Positions 9,674 to 18,960 are shown, counted from the first letter of the stretch. The stretch: 46,311 nt of DNA from Anaeromyxobacter sp. (GCA_036523995.1 DATDDC010000562.1:1-46311), one strand, 5' to 3'. Numbers and translations are program-made. Notes: generated from the letters alone by a model not told the origin.

Positions 9674-10504
9674 ATGAAGGTCGTGATCTTCTGCGGCGGG
9701 CTGGGGATGCGGCTCAGGGATTACTCCGAGACCATCCCCAAGCCGATGGTGCCGGTCGGCTATCGCCCCATTCTCTGGCACCTCATGCGCTACTACGCGC
9801 ACTTCGGGCACAAGGAGTTCATCCTGTGCCTGGGCTACAAGGGCGACAGCATCAAGAAGTACTTCCTCGAGTACGACGAGACGGTCTCGAACGACTTCGT
9901 CATGAGCGAGGGCGGCAGGAAGATCGATCTCCTCGCGAGCGACATCCAGGAGTGGAAGATCACCTTCGTCGACACCGGCATGAGCTCCAACATCGGCCAG
10001 CGGCTCAAGGCCGTGGAGCCCCACGTGGCCGGGGACGAGATGTTCCTCGCCAACTACAGCGACGGCCTCTCGGACCTGCCGCTGCCCGACGCCATCGAGT
10101 ACTTCCAGCGGCGGCCGGAGATGGTGGCCTGCTTCGCGGGCGTGGCGCCGACGTCGAGCTTCCACCTCGTGTCGCTGGAGGACGGCGGCAAGGTGAAGGC
10201 CATCCAGCACGTGAAGGACGTGGGGATGAGGATCAACGGCGGGTTCTTCGCCTTCCGGAACGAGATCTTCCGCTGGATGAACGCGGGCGAGGAGCTCGTG
10301 CAGGAGCCCTTCCAGCGGCTCGCCGCGGCGGGCCGCCTGCTCGCCTATCCCTACGACGGATTCTGGGCCTGCATGGACACGTTCAAGGAGAAGCAGCTCC
10401 TCGAGGACATGTACTCGCGGGGTCACACGCCCTGGGAGGTGTGGAAGAAGAACGGGAACGGCAGGGCGCAGCCGGCCTCGTCCAGCCGCGCCAAGGCGGG
10501 CTGA
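9674..10504 (+). CDS. rfbF: Glucose-1-phosphate cytidylyltransferase family (RfbF-like), 276 aa
   Basis: GAGGAG RBS; MKVVIFCGGLGMRL, PKPMVPVG, LCLGYKG, VDTG, NYSDG, INGGFF, GFWACMDTFKE. Confidence 0.85.
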   Translation: MKVVIFCGGLGMRLRDYSETIPKPMVPVGYRPILWHLMRYYAHFGHKEFILCLGYKGDSIKKYFLEYDETVSNDFVMSEGGRKIDLLASDIQEWKITFVDTGMSSNIGQRLKAVEPHVAGDEMFLANYSDGLSDLPLPDAIEYFQRRPEMVACFAGVAPTSSFHLVSLEDGGKVKAIQHVKDVGMRINGGFFAFRNEIFRWMNAGEELVQEPFQRLAAAGRLLAYPYDGFWACMDTFKEKQLLEDMYSRGHTPWEVWKKNGNGRAQPASSSRAKAG

Positions 10505-10509
10505 CGCCG

Positions 10510-11163
10510 GTGCAGCGCCTCGGGCTCTTCTCCGGTCCCGACGGACCCAAGCGGATCCTGGTCCTGGGGGCGCACCCCGACGACATCGAGATCGGCTGCG
10601 GGGGCACCATGCTGCGGCTCGCGGCGGAGCGGCCCGACGCCGAGGTGCTCTGGGTGGTGCTCGCGGCGAACGAGGAGCGGGCGCGCGAGGCCGAGTCTTC
10701 GGCGCGGGCCTTCCTCCAGGGCTTCGCCAGGAGCCGCCTCGTCGTGAAGCGCCATCGCGACGGCTTCCTGCCCTGGTCGGGCGCGGCCGTGAAGGAGGAC
10801 TTCGAGGCGCTGAAGCGCGAGGTGTCGCCCGACGTCGTCTTCACGCACTTCCTCCAGGATCGCCATCAGGATCACCGGCTCGTCGCCGAGCTCACCTGGA
10901 ACACCTGGAGGAACCACCTCATCCTCGAGTACGAGATCCCGAAGTACGACGGCGACTTCGGGACGCCGAACCTGTTCTCGCCGCTGTCTGCCGCCACCGT
11001 CGAGCGCAAGATCGCGCTCGTCCGCGAGCACTTCCCGTCGCAGGCCGAGAAGCACTGGCTCACGCCCGACCTCCTGCGGGCCGTGGCCCGCATCCGGGGC
11101 ATGGAGTGCGTCGCGCCCGAGGCGCTCGCCGAGGCGTTCACCTGCCGGAAGGCCGTCTTCTAG
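10510..11163 (+). CDS. PIG-L/LmbE family N-acetylhexosamine deacetylase, 217 aa
   Basis: C-terminal part of the 9826..11163 ORF: ILVLGAHPDDIEIGCGGT, DRHQDHR, ILEYEIPKYDGD, HFPSQ, AEAF. GTG start 5 nt after the rfbF stop. Confidence 0.85.
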   Translation: MQRLGLFSGPDGPKRILVLGAHPDDIEIGCGGTMLRLAAERPDAEVLWVVLAANEERAREAESSARAFLQGFARSRLVVKRHRDGFLPWSGAAVKEDFEALKREVSPDVVFTHFLQDRHQDHRLVAELTWNTWRNHLILEYEIPKYDGDFGTPNLFSPLSAATVERKIALVREHFPSQAEKHWLTPDLLRAVARIRGMECVAPEALAEAFTCRKAVF

Positions 11164-11179
11164 AGACGACCGGCGCGCC

Positions 11180-12253
11180 TCACCCCGAGCGCGGGCCGGG
11201 AGCTCCAGCGGCGCGGGCGGCGGGCGGCGCGTCGCCGGAGTCCGGGGACTCCGCCGCCGGCGCTTCCGCCGGGGCCTCCGCGCGCCGGAGCCACCCCTCG
11301 CGCCAGTACGGATAGATCTGGCGGGGGCAGAACCAGCGCGCGAGGCTGCGATCGCCCGAGCAGACGACGCCCTCGAGCGTCACGCAGTCACTCTTCATCT
11401 CGATGAGCTCGCCGGTGCGGTCGTCCACGATCTTCGTGATCCGGCGCCGGACCCGGAAGGTGCGGCCGCAGAAGGCGAGCATCTCGCGGTCGAACCAGAG
11501 GCCGCGGTTCTTCCCCTTGTCGTTGAGCGTGCCCTCGATCTCGGCCGCGGACCTCACCTGGACCCACTCGCCGGGCCCGAGCCCGAGCTGCTCGGTCTTG
11601 GGCGACGACGGGGAGGTCCCCTTCACCGGGACGTCCGCGACCAGGCCCAGCCTGGCCAGCGGCTCCTCGATGGCGGCGCGCGCCGTGACGCGCAGGAACC
11701 GACCGAGCGACACGTTCCCGCAGGTGAGCTCGCGCAGGTAGGGTCGGGGATCGAGGGTCCGCAGCCGCACGGTCGCGCGGGGAAGCTCGGTCGCCTGGCA
11801 GCGGTAGCGGAGCGCGGAACCCTTCTCTGCCTGGACGGTCCGCGTGGTGTGCGCGCCGGCGCGGGCCGCGAGCTCGCGCACGGCCTCGTCGTGGCCGGGT
11901 GGCGGCGGGGAGCTCGGCGCTCCCGGCTCGACCCGGCGCAGCCAGGCCTCCTTCCAGAAGAGCCTGCACTCGGCCTGGCAACCGGCGTGCCCGGCCCCGT
12001 CGCAGCGCAGGTCCGCGAGGAGCACGGTGTCCGCGAGGCGGCGGCTGCCGGAGTAGCGGACCGTGTCGCAGACCTTCTCGGCGCGCCCGGCCACGGGGAA
12101 GCGGCGACCGACGTACCCGATCATCTCGGGCATGAAGGGGAGCGCGTCGAGCTCGCCCTCCGCGTCGAGGGTCGCGAGGATCTCCGCCGCCCCCCGGACC
12201 TCCACCAGATCCCCGGCGCGGAGCGGTCGCCCGCTCGTCTTCTCGTTCGGCAT
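11180..12253 (-). CDS. Conserved hypothetical protein with an internal duplication of a Cys-containing SH3-like module, 357 aa
   Basis: Two homologous halves: GDLVEVRGAAEILATLD..LPFMPEM..CD..CDG..H.GCQAEC..FWKEAWLRR and GEWVQVRSAAEIEGTLN..LWFDREM..FCG..CSGD..FCPR..YWREGWLRR. Confidence 0.75.
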   Translation of the reverse strand: MPNEKTSGRPLRAGDLVEVRGAAEILATLDAEGELDALPFMPEMIGYVGRRFPVAGRAEKVCDTVRYSGSRRLADTVLLADLRCDGAGHAGCQAECRLFWKEAWLRRVEPGAPSSPPPPGHDEAVRELAARAGAHTTRTVQAEKGSALRYRCQATELPRATVRLRTLDPRPYLRELTCGNVSLGRFLRVTARAAIEEPLARLGLVADVPVKGTSPSSPKTEQLGLGPGEWVQVRSAAEIEGTLNDKGKNRGLWFDREMLAFCGRTFRVRRRITKIVDDRTGELIEMKSDCVTLEGVVCSGDRSLARWFCPRQIYPYWREGWLRRAEAPAEAPAAESPDSGDAPPAARAAGAPGPRSG

Positions 12254-12359
12254 GAGGCGGCGATGATATCGAGCGGCACCGCGCGGGTGTCAATTACCGA
12301 GCGCGTGGGATGCTCAGCAGGGAGCGTGCACGGGGAGCGACCCTGATAACATCCACGGG

Positions 12360-13613
12360 ATGACGGACACCCACGTTCGATCGAGCCGCGGCTGCCTGTT
12401 TTGCGGCACGCCCCTGCGCAGGACGTTCGTCGACCTCGGCATGTCGCCCCTTTGCGAGAGCTACGTCCCCGCCGAGAAGCTGAACCAGATGGAGCCGTTC
12501 TATCCGCTCCACGTCTACGTCTGCGAGAAGTGCTTCCTCGTCCAGCTGCAGGAGTACGTGAGCCCCGAGTCGATCTTCTCCGAGTACGCGTACTTCTCGT
12601 CGTACGCCGACAGCTGGGTCGAGCACATGCGGCGCTACGCCGACATGGTCACGGAGCGGCTCGGGCTCGGGAAGGACGCCTTCGTGGTCGAGGTGGCGAG
12701 CAACGACGGCTACCTCCTGCAGCACTTCGTGAAGAAGGGCATCCCGGTCCTCGGCATCGAGCCCGCCGCGAACGTGGCGAAGGTCGCCGTGGAGAAGGGC
12801 GTCCCGACGCTGGTGGACTTCTTCGGGGAGCGGACGGCGCGGAAGCTGGCGGCCGAGGGCCGGAGGGCGGACCTCGTGTGCGGCGCGAACGTCCTCGCCC
12901 AGGTGCCCGACCCGAACGACTTCGTGAAGGGGCTCCAGATCCTGACGAAGCCAGGCGGCGTCGTCACCATCGAATTCCCGCACCTCATGCGGCTCATGGC
13001 GGAGAACCAGTTCGACACCATCTACCACGAGCACTTCTCCTACTTCTCCTTCGTGGCGGCCGAGGCCATCTTCGCCGCGCACGAGCTCGTCCTCTACGAC
13101 GTGGACGAGATCCCGACGCACGGTGGGTCCTTGCGGGTGTGGGCGCGCCACGCGGAGGACCGGACGAAGCCCGTCACGGACCGCGCCCGAGCGTTGCGGC
13201 AGCGCGAGGTGGACGGCGGGCTCCTGCGGCTCGAGACCTACGCCAGCTTCGGCGAGCAGGTGAAGGAGACCAAGCGGAAGCTCCTCGAGTTCCTCATCGG
13301 CGCGAAGCGGGCCGGGAAGCGGATCGCGGGCTACGGAGCGCCGGGGAAGGGGAACACCCTCCTCAACTACTGCGGCATCCGCTCCGACTTCATCGACTTC
13401 ACCGTCGATCGGAACCCGTACAAGCAGGGGAAGTACCTCCCCGGCACGCACATCCCCATCTTCGCCCCCGAGAGGATCGCGGAGACGAAGCCCGACTACG
13501 TCCTCATCCTGCCGTGGAACTTCCAGGGCGAGATCGTGAAGCAGATGGCGCACGTGCGGGAATGGGGAGGCCGCTTCGTCGTCCCCATCCCCGAGGTGAA
13601 GGTGCTCGACTGA
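12360..13613 (+). CDS. SAM-dependent NDP-sugar C-methyltransferase (EryBIII/TcaB9/NovU family), 417 aa
   Basis: N-terminal Zn site CLFCG...CEKC, then EVASNDG, ANVLAQ, FDTIYHEHFSYF, HGGSLR, GYGAPGKGNTLLN and KQGKYLPGTHIPI. Confidence 0.9.
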   Translation: MTDTHVRSSRGCLFCGTPLRRTFVDLGMSPLCESYVPAEKLNQMEPFYPLHVYVCEKCFLVQLQEYVSPESIFSEYAYFSSYADSWVEHMRRYADMVTERLGLGKDAFVVEVASNDGYLLQHFVKKGIPVLGIEPAANVAKVAVEKGVPTLVDFFGERTARKLAAEGRRADLVCGANVLAQVPDPNDFVKGLQILTKPGGVVTIEFPHLMRLMAENQFDTIYHEHFSYFSFVAAEAIFAAHELVLYDVDEIPTHGGSLRVWARHAEDRTKPVTDRARALRQREVDGGLLRLETYASFGEQVKETKRKLLEFLIGAKRAGKRIAGYGAPGKGNTLLNYCGIRSDFIDFTVDRNPYKQGKYLPGTHIPIFAPERIAETKPDYVLILPWNFQGEIVKQMAHVREWGGRFVVPIPEVKVLD

Positions 13614-13634
13614 GCGCTGCCCGGAGGAAGCATC

Positions 13635-14201
13635 GTGCGCTTCATCCCCACGGACGTCCCGGGTGCCTTCCTGCTCGAGCAGGAGCGGCATGGCGACGAG
13701 CGCGGCTTCTTCGCGCGCACCTGGTGCGCCCGCGAGCTCTCCGAGCACGGGCTCGATCCGCGCCTCTCCCAGTGCAGCGTGTCCTTCAATCACCGGAAGG
13801 GGACCCTGCGCGGGTTGCACTACCAGGCGCCCCCGCGCGCGGAGGTGAAGGTCGTCCGCTGCACGCGGGGGGCGATCTACGACGTGGCGGTGGACCTGCG
13901 ACCCGACTCGCCCGGCTTCCGCCGCTGGGTCGGCATCGAGCTCACGCCCGAGAACGGCCGCGCGCTCTACATCCCGAGGGGCTTCGCGCACGGGTTCCTC
14001 ACCCTCGCGGACGCGACCGAGGTCGCCTACGACATCTCCGAGGAGTACAGCCCGGCGCACGCACGCGGCGTGCGCTTCGATGACCCGTTCCTCCGCGTCG
14101 CCTGGCCCGCGGCGGTTGAGATCATCGCGGCGCGCGATCGGGACTACCCGGACGTCGCGCCCGAGCGGCTCGAGGAGCTGCGGGGGCTCGCCTCGCCATG
14201 A
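13635..14201 (+). CDS. rfbC: dTDP-4-dehydrorhamnose 3,5-epimerase family (RmlC/RfbC cupin), 188 aa
   Basis: GGAGG RBS; DERGFFAR, GTLRGLHYQ, E.KVVRCTRGAIYDVAVDLRPDS, LYIPRGFAHGFLTL. Confidence 0.9.
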   Translation: MRFIPTDVPGAFLLEQERHGDERGFFARTWCARELSEHGLDPRLSQCSVSFNHRKGTLRGLHYQAPPRAEVKVVRCTRGAIYDVAVDLRPDSPGFRRWVGIELTPENGRALYIPRGFAHGFLTLADATEVAYDISEEYSPAHARGVRFDDPFLRVAWPAAVEIIAARDRDYPDVAPERLEELRGLASP

Positions 14202-15574
14202 CCACGGCCGGCGAGCCCGCAGCAGCGCTTCGCTCCGACGGCGCGGCCGAGGACCTTCGCCGGCTCGCGGACGGGCTCGACGCCGCCGCCCTCGGCGAGG
14301 AGATGCACGCCCTCGTCCGAGAGCTCTACCCCATCTGCCGGAGCATCACAGGTGACGGCCTCCGCGCGTCGCTGCGCATCCTCCAGCGCGTCGCGCCCCT
14401 CGCCCTCCACGAGGTGCCGAGCGGCACCGCCGTCTTCGACTGGGTCGTTCCGCGCGAGTGGAACCTCGGTGCGGCGCGGCTCACCGCGCCGGACGGCACC
14501 GTCGTCGCGGACGCAGGACGCAACAGCCTCGAGGTGCTCAACTACAGCGCCCCGTTCCGCGGCAAGGTCCGCCGCGAGGGGCTGGAGCCCCACCTGCACT
14601 CCATCCCGGAGCAGCCCGCGCTCGTCCCATACCGGACGAGCTACTACCGGGAGGACTGGGGATTCTGCGTCCCTCACGAGGTGCGCCAGCGCCTCCCGCC
14701 CGGCGAGTACGACGTGGTCGTGGACACGACGCTCGCGGACGGCTCGCTCACGTACGGCGAGCTCGTCGTGCCCGGCGCTCGCCCGGACGAGGTCCTCGTC
14801 TCCGCGCACTGCTGCCATCCCTCCCTCGCGAACGACAACCTCTCCGGCATGGTGGTGGCGGCCACGCTGGCGAAGCTCCTCTCCCGCCTCTCGCCGCGCT
14901 ACACGTACCGGTTCCTGTTCATCCCGGGCACCATCGGCTCCATCACCTGGCTCGCGCTCCACGAGGCGGAGGCGCGGCGGATCGCGCACGGGCTCGTGGC
15001 CGCGTGCCTCGGCGACTCGGGGAAGCTCACCTACAAGCGGAGCCGCAGGGGGAACGCGGAGATCGACCGGGCGGTGGCCCACGTGCTCGCCCGGAGCGGC
15101 GAGGCGCACGAGCTCCGCGACTTCAGCCCCTACGGCTACGACGAGCGCCAATACTGCTCGCCGGGGTTCGACCTGGCGGTGGGATCGCTCACCCGCACGC
15201 CGCACGGTGAGTACCCCGAGTACCACACCTCCGCCGACGCGCCGTCCCTCGTGAAGCCCGACCGCCTGGCGGACTCGCTCCGGCGCTACCTCGAGGTCTT
15301 CGAGGTGCTGGAGGGGAACCGCGCCTACGTGAACCTCTCGCCGAAGGGCGAGCCGCAGCTCGGAAAGCGCGGTCTCTACGGATCCGTGGGCGGGCGCAGC
15401 CACGCCGTGGCGAGCCAGCTCGCCCTGCTCTGGGTACTGAACCTCTCCGACGGAGGTCACCCCCTCCTCGACGTCGCGGAGCGCGCCAAGCTCGGCTTCA
15501 CCGAGATCGCCGCCGCCGCGCGTGCGCTCGAGCGCGTGGGGCTCCTCCACACGGCGGAGTCGTCCGGCCGATGA
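14198..15574 (+). CDS. DUF4910 family protein (aminopeptidase-like fold with C-terminal winged helix), 458 aa
   Basis: LYPICRSITGDG, VFDWVVPREWN, PYRTSYY, HCCHPSLANDNLSG, DERQYCSPG, YPEYHTSAD, GEPQLGKRGLY, LWVLNLSDG. ATGA overlap with the epimerase stop. Confidence 0.85.
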   Translation: MTTAGEPAAALRSDGAAEDLRRLADGLDAAALGEEMHALVRELYPICRSITGDGLRASLRILQRVAPLALHEVPSGTAVFDWVVPREWNLGAARLTAPDGTVVADAGRNSLEVLNYSAPFRGKVRREGLEPHLHSIPEQPALVPYRTSYYREDWGFCVPHEVRQRLPPGEYDVVVDTTLADGSLTYGELVVPGARPDEVLVSAHCCHPSLANDNLSGMVVAATLAKLLSRLSPRYTYRFLFIPGTIGSITWLALHEAEARRIAHGLVAACLGDSGKLTYKRSRRGNAEIDRAVAHVLARSGEAHELRDFSPYGYDERQYCSPGFDLAVGSLTRTPHGEYPEYHTSADAPSLVKPDRLADSLRRYLEVFEVLEGNRAYVNLSPKGEPQLGKRGLYGSVGGRSHAVASQLALLWVLNLSDGGHPLLDVAERAKLGFTEIAAAARALERVGLLHTAESSGR

Positions 15575-15710
15575 AGAAGCCCTCCCCAGGATTGAGCCGC
15601 GGGCCGCCGTCACCTCGGCCCGCCACCGGCCCAGCGCCCGGGCAGGCGCTGCACCGCGTCCATGGCACACCACGGCGCGTGACGGGGGAGTACGCTCCCG
15701 GCCGACATCC

Positions 15711-17177
15711 GTGCAGGACATCAAGCAGAGAGTGCTCCGAGGGGGCGTCGCGAAGATCGGCGCCCAGGCCACGACCTTCGCCATCCGCATCGCGTCGATG
15801 GTGGTGATGGCCCGCCTCCTCGATCCGGCCGAGTTCGGGCTCGTGGCCATGGTCGGCGCGGTGACCGGCATCTTCAACATGCTGCGCGACGCCGGGCTGT
15901 CGCGCGCCACGATCCAGCGCGAGTCCGTCACGGACGATCAGCTCTCCACGCTCTTCTGGATCAACGTCCTGCTGGGCCTGGTGCTGACGATCGCCTTCGC
16001 CGCCCTCGCCCCGGCCATGGTCGCCTTCTACCGGGAGCCCCGGCTCTTCTGGATCACCGCGGCCCTGGGGCTCGGCTTCTTCCTGAACGGCCTGGGCGTG
16101 CAGCACTCCGCCCTCATCCAGCGGCACATGCGGTTCACCGCCGGCGCGGCGATCGACATCGCCGCGCTCGTCGCCAGCACCGCCGTCGGCGTCCTCATGG
16201 CCTGGCGGGGCCTCGGATACTGGGCGCTCGTGGGCTCGGCGCTCGTGAATCCCGCGATCAGCTCGGCCGGCGCGTGGCTCGTCGCCGGCTGGATCCCGGG
16301 CAGGCCGCGCCGGGGAGTGGGCGTCCTCTCCATGGTGCGCTTCGGCGGCACGGTCACGCTGAACTCGGTGCTCGTCTACGTGGCGTACAACCTCGACAAG
16401 GTGCTCCTGGGCCGCTTCGCGGGGGCCGACGCGCTCGGGATCTACGGCCGCGCCTACCAGCTCGTCTCCATCCCCATCGACAACCTGAACGGCGCCGTGG
16501 GGGGGGTGGCGTTCTCCGCGCTCTCCCGCGTCCAGGGCGATCCCGCCCGCTTCCGCAGCTACTTCCTCAAGGGCTACACGCTCGTGCTGACGGTGACGCT
16601 CCCCATCACCATCGGCTGCGCCGTCTTCGCGGGGGACATCGTCCTCGTCGCGCTGGGCGCGAAGTGGCTGCGGGTGGTGCCGCTCCTGCAGCTCCTCGCG
16701 CCCACCATCCTCGTCTTCGCGCTCATCAACCCGATGAGCTGGCTCATGCTGGCCCACGACCTGGCGGGCCGGAGCCTCCGCATCGCCATGGTGATCGCCC
16801 CCCTCGTGATCCTCGCCTACGTGCTGGGGCTTCCCTACGGCGCGACCGGCGTGGCCCTGGCGTTCTCGGCGACGATGGTGCTCCTGGCCGTTCCGGTCAC
16901 GATGTGGTCCGTTCACGAGACGCCGGTGTCGATGCGCGACATCGTGGCGGTGGTGAGGCGGCCCCTGCTCTCGGGCGCGGCCGCCACGGCGGCGGCCCTC
17001 CTCGCCTGGCCGCTCCTCGCGAAGGTGGGGCCGGCGCTGCCGCGCCTCTTCGTCGAGTCGGGCCTCCTCTTCGCGGTCTATGCGTGGACGCTGCTCGACG
17101 TGATGGGGCAGAGGGCCTTCTACCGCGATCTCTTCCGCAGCATGGCGAAGCGTCCGTCGGCGGACCCTGCGACGTAG
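15711..17177 (+). CDS. wzx: Wzx/WzxC-like oligosaccharide flippase (first), about 488 aa
   Basis: MARLLDPAEFGLVAM, DAGLSRATIQ, STLFWIN, NLDKVLLGRF.GADALGIYGRAYQL and many TM segments. Start re-called at GTG 15711 (uncertain). Confidence 0.85.
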   Translation: MQDIKQRVLRGGVAKIGAQATTFAIRIASMVVMARLLDPAEFGLVAMVGAVTGIFNMLRDAGLSRATIQRESVTDDQLSTLFWINVLLGLVLTIAFAALAPAMVAFYREPRLFWITAALGLGFFLNGLGVQHSALIQRHMRFTAGAAIDIAALVASTAVGVLMAWRGLGYWALVGSALVNPAISSAGAWLVAGWIPGRPRRGVGVLSMVRFGGTVTLNSVLVYVAYNLDKVLLGRFAGADALGIYGRAYQLVSIPIDNLNGAVGGVAFSALSRVQGDPARFRSYFLKGYTLVLTVTLPITIGCAVFAGDIVLVALGAKWLRVVPLLQLLAPTILVFALINPMSWLMLAHDLAGRSLRIAMVIAPLVILAYVLGLPYGATGVALAFSATMVLLAVPVTMWSVHETPVSMRDIVAVVRRPLLSGAAATAAALLAWPLLAKVGPALPRLFVESGLLFAVYAWTLLDVMGQRAFYRDLFRSMAKRPSADPAT

Positions 17178-17197
17178 GGTGCGAGGGATCGGGCCCG

Positions 17198-18205
17198 CTA
17201 GCCCGGGCGGGCCGGCGTTCCCGCTCCCGCGGCGCTCCCGCGCGCCCGGGCGATGCGCCGCGCCGTGGTCAAGGGGTCGAGCGCGATGCGCGCGAGCTCG
17301 CGGAGCACGCCCGGCGCGAGGTCCCGCCGGCGCAGGGCGAGGCCGACCGAGGCGAGCCCGGCCCGGTGATACTCCCAGAACCGCCGCGGCATGCGCCGGA
17401 ACAACGCCCCCGCGAGATAGCGGAAGTACTCGCGGCGCACGGCGGCCCTCGTGCGCGAGGCCTCCTCCGGAGCGAGGGCCCTCGCGGCGTAGCGCTCCGT
17501 GACGATGAGCCGATCGAGCAGGTTCGGGCGGAAATCCTTCACGGCCGTGGAGATGGAGACGTTGTCCGTCCGGATGAAGCTCAGCACCTGGTGGACGAAG
17601 CCGAGGTCGTGCTCGAGGAGGATCTCGTAGGCGAGCTCGGTGTCCGGGTGCAGGCGCCCGGCCTCGAAGAAGGGCGTCCGGGCGCGCAGGACGTCGGCGC
17701 GATAGAGGACGCTGGTCGGGGATCCCACCATGAACTTGCGGTCGACGAGCATCATCCGGCAGGCCTCGCGCCCGCCGAGGCGTCGCACGGTGCGGGGGAC
17801 TCCCGCGCCGCCGAGATGCTCGCCGAAGAAGTAGTAGGCGCCCACCAGGCCGGCGGCGGGCTCCCGCTCGGCGACCTCGACGAGCCTCGCGACGCACTCG
17901 GGGAAGAGGACGTCGTCGGAGAGGGCGAACTTGACGTACTTCGCCTCCGGGCTCGCGAGGCTCAGCGCCCGGTTGAAGTTGCTGGCCTGGTCGAGGAACT
18001 CCGGGTTCACCACGAGGCGGATGCGCCGATCCATCGAGGCGTAGCGCTCGGCGATCTCGCGCGAGCCGTCGTCGCTGCGGTTGTCGACGATGAGGTGCTC
18101 GAAGTCGGGGTAGGTCTGCGCGAGAACGCCCTCGATGCACTCCGCGAGGTACTCCGACGTGTTGTAGAGCGGGGTGATGATGCTGACGAAGGGCGCTTCG
18201 GCCAT
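17198..18205 (-). CDS. Glycosyltransferase family 2, 335 aa
   Basis: C-terminal part of the 17198..18979 ORF: MAEAPFVSIITPLYN..YLAECIEGVLAQTY..VDNRSDDGS..NFN..SDD. Confidence 0.9.
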   Translation of the reverse strand: MAEAPFVSIITPLYNTSEYLAECIEGVLAQTYPDFEHLIVDNRSDDGSREIAERYASMDRRIRLVVNPEFLDQASNFNRALSLASPEAKYVKFALSDDVLFPECVARLVEVAEREPAAGLVGAYYFFGEHLGGAGVPRTVRRLGGREACRMMLVDRKFMVGSPTSVLYRADVLRARTPFFEAGRLHPDTELAYEILLEHDLGFVHQVLSFIRTDNVSISTAVKDFRPNLLDRLIVTERYAARALAPEEASRTRAAVRREYFRYLAGALFRRMPRRFWEYHRAGLASVGLALRRRDLAPGVLRELARIALDPLTTARRIARARGSAAGAGTPARPG

Positions 18206-18372
18206 GTGCCAGGGTCGCTCCGGTCCCCGCCGGATGGAAGGCGCGATCATCGTGAAGTGACTCCCCCCTCCGGCCGATTGCCATGAACACGGGGCAGGCC
18301 GGCGCAGCCGCAGCGCGCGGCGGTCGCTGCGCCGCCGATGCGCCGGGCATACCGGGCGGGTACGTACCGGCG

Positions 18373-18960
18373 CTACGGCACGTAGAGCTGGTCCCCGGCG
18401 AGGAGCGTCAGGTTCGCCTCGGGCTGCTTCCCCTCGAGCACGGCCGGGTAGTCGATGGGGATCTCGCGCAGCTTGCCGGCCCGGTCGCGCCGCAGGATGC
18501 GGGTACCGCGCGGCGAGGCGAAGCGGTTCGGGCCGCCGGCGAGCTGCACCGCCTCGAGCACCGTCACGTACTTCTGGGACGAGTAGACGCCGGGCCGCTC
18601 GACGTTGCCGCTGACGGTGAAGGTGTAGCTGTTCACGCCCGTGACGGCGACGGTGACGACGACGCCCTCGTCGCGCACGTACCTCGTGAGCTGCCTCGTG
18701 ATGTCGTCCCGGAGCTGGGTCGGGGTCCGCCCGTTCGCCTCGAGATCGCCGATGAGCGGGATGGTGATGGTCCCGTCGGGGCGCACGATCGCGTCCCGGG
18801 AGAGCTCGGGGTTCTTCCAGACGTGGATGGCCAGGTGATCGGCCACGCCGATGACGTACTCGCTGCGGCGCGGATCGGGCTCCTTCGCGTAGTCGTACTT
18901 GACCCTCGGTGATGGGCACGCGGCGAGGAGCACGAGCAGGGTGGGCAGGATTCGTCTCAT
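18373..18960 (-). CDS. wza: Short OPX polysaccharide export lipoprotein (Wza-like, Poly_export domain plus one SLBB domain only), 195 aa
   Basis: MRRILPTLLVLLAAC lipobox; YVIGVAD.L.I.VWKNPELS, VRPDGTITIPLIGDL, VSGNVERPG, TVLEAVQLAGG. Ends at LLAGDQLYVP. Confidence 0.9.
   Translation of the reverse strand: MRRILPTLLVLLAACPSPRVKYDYAKEPDPRRSEYVIGVADHLAIHVWKNPELSRDAIVRPDGTITIPLIGDLEANGRTPTQLRDDITRQLTRYVRDEGVVVTVAVTGVNSYTFTVSGNVERPGVYSSQKYVTVLEAVQLAGGPNRFASPRGTRILRRDRAGKLREIPIDYPAVLEGKQPEANLTLLAGDQLYVP

Noticed and set aside
18359-18368. Perfect palindrome GGTACGTACC just downstream of the wza stop
   Set aside because: A single 10-bp occurrence; its resemblance to the GGTAC motif at 8460 may be chance.
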